64,000 nt of DNA from Nemertoderma westbladi (taxonomy: Eukaryota > Animalia > Xenacoelomorpha). The notes under the pieces were generated by a model. That model saw only the letters and a list, made by a program, of their open reading frames with translations, did not search any database and had not been told where the DNA came from. The stretch spans positions 1 through 64,000 of the forward strand of contig JAUCBJ010004510.1 of assembly GCA_032718475.1 (NCBI GenBank), given 5' to 3'. Both the position numbers and the translations under genes were made by a program. Every line of letters starts with the position of its first letter. The stretch's first letter is position 1. Positions 22,964-31,900 of this stretch are shown here, piece by piece.

Positions 22964-25900
22964 CTAGTCATCCAGTTGGCATAGTAACGCAACACCTCGT
23001 TTTATCCAATGTTCCACGGGTCGATCGGTTTTTAGAAGCATTTGTAAGACAAAGTTTGTTGAATGTCCCGTTGTACTCAATGTCCCCTTACGTTCGCTGG
23101 TTTTATAACAGGGACAGGCGTACTCATTCGCTGTGACTAGTTCGTCTTTCTTTACCGGTTTGATCCAGATAATGGGTACGGGATCGAATAGAACCTTGGG
23201 ATGGGACTCAGCAAGCAGTCCGACCTTCCGATCCCATCGACAACCGTCGAGGAATAATCCGTTCACATAGACACCGTCCTCGGGGAAGTGGTCCGATGTC
23301 TCTTGGGGCAGCACCTTGAAGGAGTAGGTGAGTTTATCGATAGGAATCACGTATTTCCTCGCGTAGTTCTGAAGGGCGCCTGTGAGGAAAGCTTGGGTGA
23401 AGAAGAACCCGCTGATCCAGAATACTTTAGGTTTATTTTCCTCGAACCACCGCTGGAGAAAAGCGAGTCTTACCAACAAGTCCGATATGAAACTCCCCAA
23501 TGGTTTCAGTGATGGGTAAGATCTTTTCGCCCACAACGCTGGCAGTTTTCCCACCATGAGGCTGTAAGACAATTGCTCCAATTCCGCATTCATAACGACC
23601 AAACCTTTGATTGCTTTCAGGAGGTTCTGCAAACTCGATCGTATACTCGTCAATAGATTATTGAATCGTTCCATTTCTTGTACCAGAACAGTATTCATGC
23701 TCTCGTTGTATCGCACCGGGTACTTATTCTGCGCGATCTCGAGGTTGTAGTTATCGGGTAGTTTCGCGAGGATGTCGTTGGCGATGTTTGTGAGAAGTTG
23801 ATCTGTTTCACTCTGCTTGCCACCGCCCCCACTTTGCCCTTGAGTCACCAAAATGTTATCCAGAAGTTGTTTTGTTTCTTGCAACTCTCGTGAGATACTG
23901 ACGTTGTCATGCATACCGAACACTTCCGGTTCCTGATTAGTTGGCAGCTCTTTTATAAACTCGACATATTCTTCGTAGGTCTCTCGCTTCGGGGCATAGT
24001 ACAGACCGCTGGGAGAGAATTTATACTTGGGGTCGGTGACCAGTGAGGGGTTGTAAAAGTCCGCCAGTATTGTGGTGAGTGTCCTTCTGTCCCAGTCGTC
24101 TGTCACCCTACCACCGTAGTTACATTCTCCGGTGAGGTAGGTTATCGCTTCGTAAGGCAACTCTTCGTAATTGTTAATAAACAACTGAAGTTGCCTCACT
24201 GAAATTCGCAAATCGCTTTCATTGAATCCGTATGCGATATTCCAACCCAAAGGACCGAATTTTCGTCTTTCCTGCACTAAGGCGTGGAAGAAACAAAGGC
24301 CGTACATTAATTTCTCAAACTCAAATTCTTTCCCGACGCATCCAGTAAAAAACGACTCATCAGATAAAGGATCACTCAGGTAGGACTGCAGGAGATTTTG
24401 ACGTAGACCAGTGGGCGGTTCATTTGTCATTTTCACGCTATTTTGTAGAACTGTAACAGGGAACTTGGGACTTGGATAGCTGGTCAACCACAAACGAAAC
24501 TCTGAGTTCACCTCGTCGGGGTTGAAAGCTGCGCATATTCGTTCCAGACTAGTCATCCACGATGTTGCTAGATGGCAGTTTTGCAAGCAAACCCAGGATC
24601 CATCTTGTTTAGCCTTTTCTATAAGTTTCGAAGCAACCGGACCTTGACCTTGGCCTAAAGATATTGCGTTGAATTTATCGCCGGAAAATCCTTTATCCCC
24701 CGCAAACTTAAGAAGAGCAGCCATGGGGTCAGCTCCCGGACTGAGGACGAAAACCAAAGGAATAACAGCACTGGAATCGACATAACTTTTAGCCAAATCG
24801 AATGGAGGTGGTCGAACAAATTTACTCCCTAACTTTTCCATGACGAAGTTAATTACTCTTGGAAGGATTTTATCGGGCCTTATAACCCTCAATACAACCA
24901 GTTTCTGGAATTCCTGCAACTTTCCGGCCCATGGATTTGGTAATTGCGCTTTGTGCGGCTCTTTCTGCTCATAGAAATGTTTCCACGGTGGGATATCGTC
25001 ACATAAGCTGTCCCGAATACCTTTAAAGCTTGGCAAATCATCTAGTCGACACAATTCATCCCAACTCTTATCTGACAACCACGAATTATCAGGATTAGCT
25101 AGTTTATTCTCCAAACCTACCCCACCTGTGAGGAAAAATTTCAATTCAGCAGGGTCCATTTCTTTTTTATGGAGGAGTAGATTGGAACACAAAACGAATG
25201 AAAAAATTAACTTATCCTTTTCAAATAATGACCTGCATACATTGCTATAAAGATTGTAGGTAAAATGATCCGACAGATAGCGCAGCCTCTTATCCAGAAT
25301 TTTACTTTTGTTACTGTCATGGATGCTGTTGATGAAGAGATTAATGAACCAGGTTAACGCGTATTGGTACATAGGATCAATGTTTCCAAGATCGGCAATT
25401 GAGAAGAATAGGATGCTCGAATGAATAGCTACAGGTTTATAACCCTGTCGAGCAATCTCAATCTTTTTCTGAGTTTCCTCAGCGACCTTCTGTTTTTTTG
25501 AGATATCATCACTAAGAATCTTAGAGGAGTCAAGAATTTCGATTGCAGATTCGTCCTCTAATATATTTCCTTCCTTACTCAATGTTTCAAGGATTTTATC
25601 TTCAATCTCTTTCAATGTTTTCTTGTTCGTAGCTGATTGGATAATAAGACTCTGTCTGTCATCTTCAAGCTCAGGACGTTCTTTTGCAACAACTATCCCC
25701 AAAAGCTGATCTTGCAAGCCTTCTGGCGTTATCATAAAATTAAGTAAAGTAACTTTCACTGCCGTTTCAGGTAAGTAGTGGGGGTTTCTTAATTTTGTTG
25801 TGATATAAAACCTGAAATCTTGACTGTATTCTATAATGTTTTCTCCAAGTCGAATACACTCTACACCGCTTTGCTTAAACGTCTGTTTTAGAAGAAGTGG

Positions 25901-28900
25901 CTCCAATGAGGGATCGAGATCTTCTCCAATATTTTCCAATAACAGGGGGTTTCCAAATTGTATGCAGTTCTCCAAATTCCTCATATAATCAGGGTCAGTA
26001 AACTTTATAACCGATAATTGCTTGTCCTTCTCCATATTTTTGACCCATTTGTTTGCCTGGCCTTGGGGGTCAATCATCAATGGCCATCTTCTGGTGTTAT
26101 CCACAATAACGCCATTGTCTATTGAGAAGTTGTCTGTGGGCAAACCGGCAATATTCCAAGCGCGAATTTTAATAGGTTCTCCCAGAGTGTTACTCAGAGA
26201 ATATCCTTCTGAACAAGGTATCTTCCTTTTGACGCATTCCTTAGCCCAAGTTTCAGAACAATCATTCCTATAACTTGCTGTAAAGGCACCAAGATAAGCA
26301 ATAACTGCCGATGATATTAAAACATCACCCGGTAGATTATCATATGTTCTTTGCAGGTTTGCTGCCGCTGTGGTCCATCTATCCTTTTCACCTCCCAAAC
26401 CTCCAATCAATTTCTCAGCACGAATCAACTTTTTACCACACAAATCCACTTGAAATTCCAATTCTTCCTTTTTCTTCGTTGTCTCGGCAAGGTCTCTGTG
26501 TAATGCGGCCAATCTCTCCTTGATGGCTGCTAGTTCAGCACGTTTTGCATTGAGTTGTGACGTGGCCTGCGATAGCATCAGTTCCGCCTCAGCCAATTTT
26601 AATTTCTTAGGAGCCACAACTTTTGCAACACGATCGTAGATCTCCATAGCTCTGACCCATCTACAAAGACCTTCTGCAGCACTGCTAGCCTTAGCCACCT
26701 TTTCAGGCACGAATTCTGTGTTTGATATGTATTCGGTTCGAATCTTCTTCATAACAGGAATGGGAATGTTATCCTTATCATATGTTCTTAACGAAGCTAA
26801 AAAATTCATGTCACCAAGTAACTTCTTACTTGGGCCCCAGTAATCTTCAATCTTTTTGCCTGAACCAGAGGGGTCAGGAATACGGTCTGGCTTTATCTCT
26901 TGCATCACACATACGGATTCCATGACCAGTTTCACACCATGAGGGGGATTTTTCATGGATTTCACTATCGATATATCAGCTGGTTTGAGAGTATCCAAGG
27001 CAGCCAGAGCAGCTTCTAGTGCCGGTATTGCTTCTGCAAGATCTGCTTCACATTCACTCTTCAGTGCCTGGGCTTCGGCTGCCTGTTCATTTACAATTGC
27101 TTCCTCTTTAGCAACAAGTTGACTCTTTGCTTCCACTTCAACTGACTCAGTTTCTATCACAACAAACATTTTGGCGTTTTCATCTGCTGTAATAACTAAC
27201 TGTGGTTTTAATTCTTCTAATTCAACCTGCATTTCAGCAACTTGAGTTGATGCAAACGCCAATTTTTCCAATCCAACAATGTACCTTCGTTTCGCTTTCA
27301 TCACTTCCTCCTGTTTCAGATGAAGTAGCTTTTTAAACGATCCAATTAGTTCGAGGTAGGATGTTGGAGTGACATAGTTGTGGCGCCCAAGTTCGTTCAG
27401 AAACTTTTCCGAGAGATCAGAGGCGCTGGTGTGGAAATATTTACACAATGTGACAATCTCCCCCCTTTCTTCATCTTCAATTTCGACATTTTCCAAAAAC
27501 TTATTAGCTACACGTTCCAAAGCATCCACAGGCCATGCTTGAAACCAGTCAATTGTGCAACAATTAATTAATGATGGAAATTGTCGCATTCTATTGCGAA
27601 ATGCATCACCAATAGGCGAGAAAGCAATTACAATATGCAACTTTTCCTTAACTTGATTGACAAAGAAATTAAATAATGCTAAAGGGGAGAATTCAGCATT
27701 TTTGTCGCCAGCTGCTAAGAGTGCAGCTGGGCGGACAGTTTCTAAAACATCCTGTTTTTCATCTGGGGCATAAAGATTAGGAACTTCACCAGTATTCAGA
27801 AGATTGTCAATGTCTTCGAGAAAACTCTCGTATTTTATTTGTGTGTCAGTTACCAATAAAATTGTCGGTTTCCCAACCGCGCCAGCCTGCTTCAAGACGA
27901 CTTTCAGATCTTCCCTCCACTCCACTGGACCATACTGTTTGGTTATCTCTGGTTGAAAAATGTTGAAACCCGACATAAACCCAGCCAATCGTGTCAGGGA
28001 TTGGCGCCCGCTGCCTCCAACCCCAACCAATAATGCATTTCCTCCAGGTTGCTTCAAAATTCGACTAATTCGTGACAAATGTTCCAGAACATACCTAAAA
28101 ATAACTAAATTCATTTTAGCTTTGTTCACTTGGTTGTATTCATCCAATTGATGTTCTGAAATTTTGTTGAATTCTTCGATCTCTACAATCTCTTCATAAA
28201 CACGCTCGTCAATATCACCATCTGGATTCATATAATCTCCAAACATCAATGACCTCATGTCATCTTCAACCACTGACCGTCGTTCACCTCTTAAATTTTC
28301 AAAAACAGCATCGAATGATTCTTTGAAGTGGTCCTTGACGAGACTTTTTACCAGGTTGAAGAGCCAAGTTCTATCATTATCATCAATAAGCCTATCATAA
28401 AACACTCGGTAGACCTCATGAACCCAAAGTTTTGTGTAGGTCCGTTTATTTTCTACAGACTGCTTCTTAATTAGAGTCACTCCATTGATTACCCTAGAAA
28501 AGTCTCTGAGATTGAAAACGTAATGAGATTTTGCAGGTGTTGGAAGGAGGTTACTCGTGGCTGCCTTGTAAACATCCATTGTGGCTGCAACTATAATTTG
28601 GCCAACCAAGTAAAAATCTGGGCTAAATTCTTCTTTTTTGAAATATAGTGTGCAAATATTTGTGAATATTTTAACCATGGCGTCATCACTGAATGGATTC
28701 ATGGCGATTATATTAAAATGGCGCATAAATCTAGGTGTGACAGCATTTTTCCCACCTGCTGGAGGTCCCATTGCCGCAACGAAAAGTAAATCAACGAGAG
28801 ATAATTTTGATGTTTCTTTAAGATCATACCAATTTTTGTGGTCGAAATATTGGCGCAACAACTCAATAGGTGGTTGAGCACCATAGATTTCTTTAGCTGG

Positions 28901-31900
28901 CATATTCATATCGTCCACAAATATAATGGACTTCTTACCAACTGGTGGTCCATAAATTCCCTTACGTCTTTTATCCAACTTGGACATAATTAAGTTCTGA
29001 ACTTGATTAGCGCTTGTTTGTGCGGAAAAGTTAACAAATAGAGGAACAAAAGTGTCTTTGTCGAGATGATTCATAAGTTTGTCTTTAACATAGACACTCT
29101 TGCCAGTTCCCGTTGGGCCTACAAATAACGCAGCCCTATTGTTTTCCACACACTGACTCAAGAGATATGTGTACCGTGCTGTATCAACAGTTGGCACAAT
29201 TATTTCATTTAGTTTCATTTTTGGGCTGGCCACCTCAATTTTTTTGATTGTCTCATTCCAATGCACCCACCGTCCTCTGTTCTTAGCCTCAAACATGTAA
29301 TGGTAAACTTGCCCAGTATCGGGGAATGGTACATCAATTTTACCAACCTCAGAAGGAATTTGAGGTAAATCTTTATTTTTGCCTTCAAAAATTTCACGAA
29401 GATATGCATCGAACTTTTCCATTCCATCACTGTCTGTTGTTGCGCCTACTGACCATGTTAAAGAGAAGAAAAATATTGACACCATCCAATTCTTAAGATA
29501 TTTGCTGCTACGATTGTCTTCATTAGCATGCTTGGACATTAGAATGTCGTAAAAGTACATGAGGGACCTCACAAGGTTGATAGAGCTTGTCTTAACAAGT
29601 TCTTTACATGTGGTTTTAATGAATCTAATACATGGATCCACAAGCCATTCAAACATCGCTCTTATCAATTTCTCATAATCCTTATTCATCACCTCAGGAA
29701 GTTCATGTAGCCAGGACTCAAATATCGGTCTCCATCCGAGGCTTTCTGGTTCCATGTAAATCATACCGCATCGACTTACAGTAGCCGGAGATGCCTGAGA
29801 AAGATCATCTGTCTCAAACATTAGCGACATGGCATTGGACATCTGAATAATCTCACCGGACATCAAACACAACTTCTTGTTATCATCCAACACTGTGTTC
29901 ATCGATTCAATCCACAGTGTATCTATGGGACCATCGAATACGACCCACTTTCTATCAGGCGTGTCGGTGGATGCAAACTCTCGGAATGTGTTCGCTACAA
30001 CTCCATCTGTCCACTCATGGGAGACCGGATCGAACTGACCAAACAGTTGGCCCATAGTGACTGCCTTGGGATTGACAATCCGATAAATGGCCTTATTTTC
30101 TTCCATTTGACCACGTTCATTTAGCTTTGCTAACATATTAGCTAGACATTGGATGACACATGTTTTTCCAGCAAACGGTTCACCAACCAACATGAAGCCA
30201 TGCCGTACAACCATCATTTCGTATGTTTGTATAAGTTGCTCCATAAAACTTGGAACAGGTTGCAGCTTCATCTCCGCACATGCTTCGCGGGCAGCTGTTA
30301 AAAATTCTCCATAATCAGGTTCAGGCATTACAACTCCGGGAAACAAATCAGAAATAATACCATTGAACAATGGAATATCGTGTGATAAAAATTTTGGCAG
30401 GTTGACGTCAGTTATAGACCTCAGTAAAAGTATATCTTCATTTTGTTCAGGAAATGTTAATTTCAGATTTCCAGCAGCTATTAAAACAGCTTTGACCGCT
30501 CGCATTCCATAATCATAATGAAATTGGCTAGAAAGTTGCTCGGAGCATAGCCTATATGTCATGACAATTTTAACAGCCAAATTTCTAGCATCAAGAAAAC
30601 CGCATGAATATAGAGATATCTCAGCAATCAAAGCATAGTCTGGAACCATCATCGCTACTGTGCGAAACAGGACTTTAAGATTGTCTGGCAGTTCAGAACG
30701 TCCTGCATATCCTGGATTCATTGTAATAGCAACAAAACAATTAGGATTCAAATCAATTTCCGTTCCCTCAAACATGAAACGATCGAGACCATCTTGAACA
30801 GCCCTCTGAATTGCCAAAATTTGCTGGGCAACAACAGACAATACCTCCAGTTCAATGCGATTGAATTCATCAAAGCAAGCCCAGGCGCCGGCTGAAGCCA
30901 AACCTTTAAAAAATTTACTCATGGCCAAATAGTCCAAACCGTCACTACAGTTGAACACCACACATTGGACAGCTAATGCTTTGGCTAAATCTTTAGTTGT
31001 TTCAGTTTTCCCTGTGCCCGCTGGTCCTTCTGGAGCACCTCCTAAATTAAGGTTAAATGCACCAATCAAAGTGCGATAACATCTATCAGTGAGCGGTGTG
31101 ATAACTAGCCTAGGTGAATTCCCAAGGTATTCGTAAGCATACTTACAATTGGCATTGATAATTTTAACTCGGCAATTATCATTCTCCCAATAGTATCGCA
31201 ACTGTGACAACCACTTGAAATCATTTTCAGAAGTCACCCCAGCTTTAGTAATAGATTCAACTACATCCCTAGCATGAACATCAATAGTTACCAACGCCCC
31301 TAATGTTATTCGAGTCTGTTTCTCCAATTTACCTCTTACCATTTCAACAATATCTCCCAGTTGTTTCATCAACGCATCATAAAAGGGACCCAAGGCGTTG
31401 TCATTGATAGCTTGATGGACGTCCTGTGTCCAGAAAATTTGAGATACACACAAGACAACCTGACCTGGCCATTCTCTGGTCCACTGCGGTCTACTAGGAG
31501 TTAATAGATATGCATCTATCGATTTCTCAATAACATCACGGACTGACTGGAGCATGACGTCTTGAACTTGTAGCAGCCACTTTTCAACAGCACCCCGAGC
31601 TTCGGATGTGGAAATTACAGTTGACAACTTCACCTTTTCGCCTTCACTGCTAAACATTGCAGTGATATCTAAGCTTGGTGTAAATTCGAGCTTGGCTACA
31701 CCCTCAAAACATTTCTTCAGATGGGGCTGAACTCTTGTGGGATCTTTAGTTTCAGACAGAATTTCTAACATTTCATCGTTTGAGAGAAAGAAAAACCGAG
31801 GAAAGAATAGTCGTTTCTTCTCAAGGTAAGCATTAAGCCCCTTAAGAATTTTCTCAAGAAGTTCGTTCGCATCTTGTAGTCTTTCCAATAATCCAGCGAG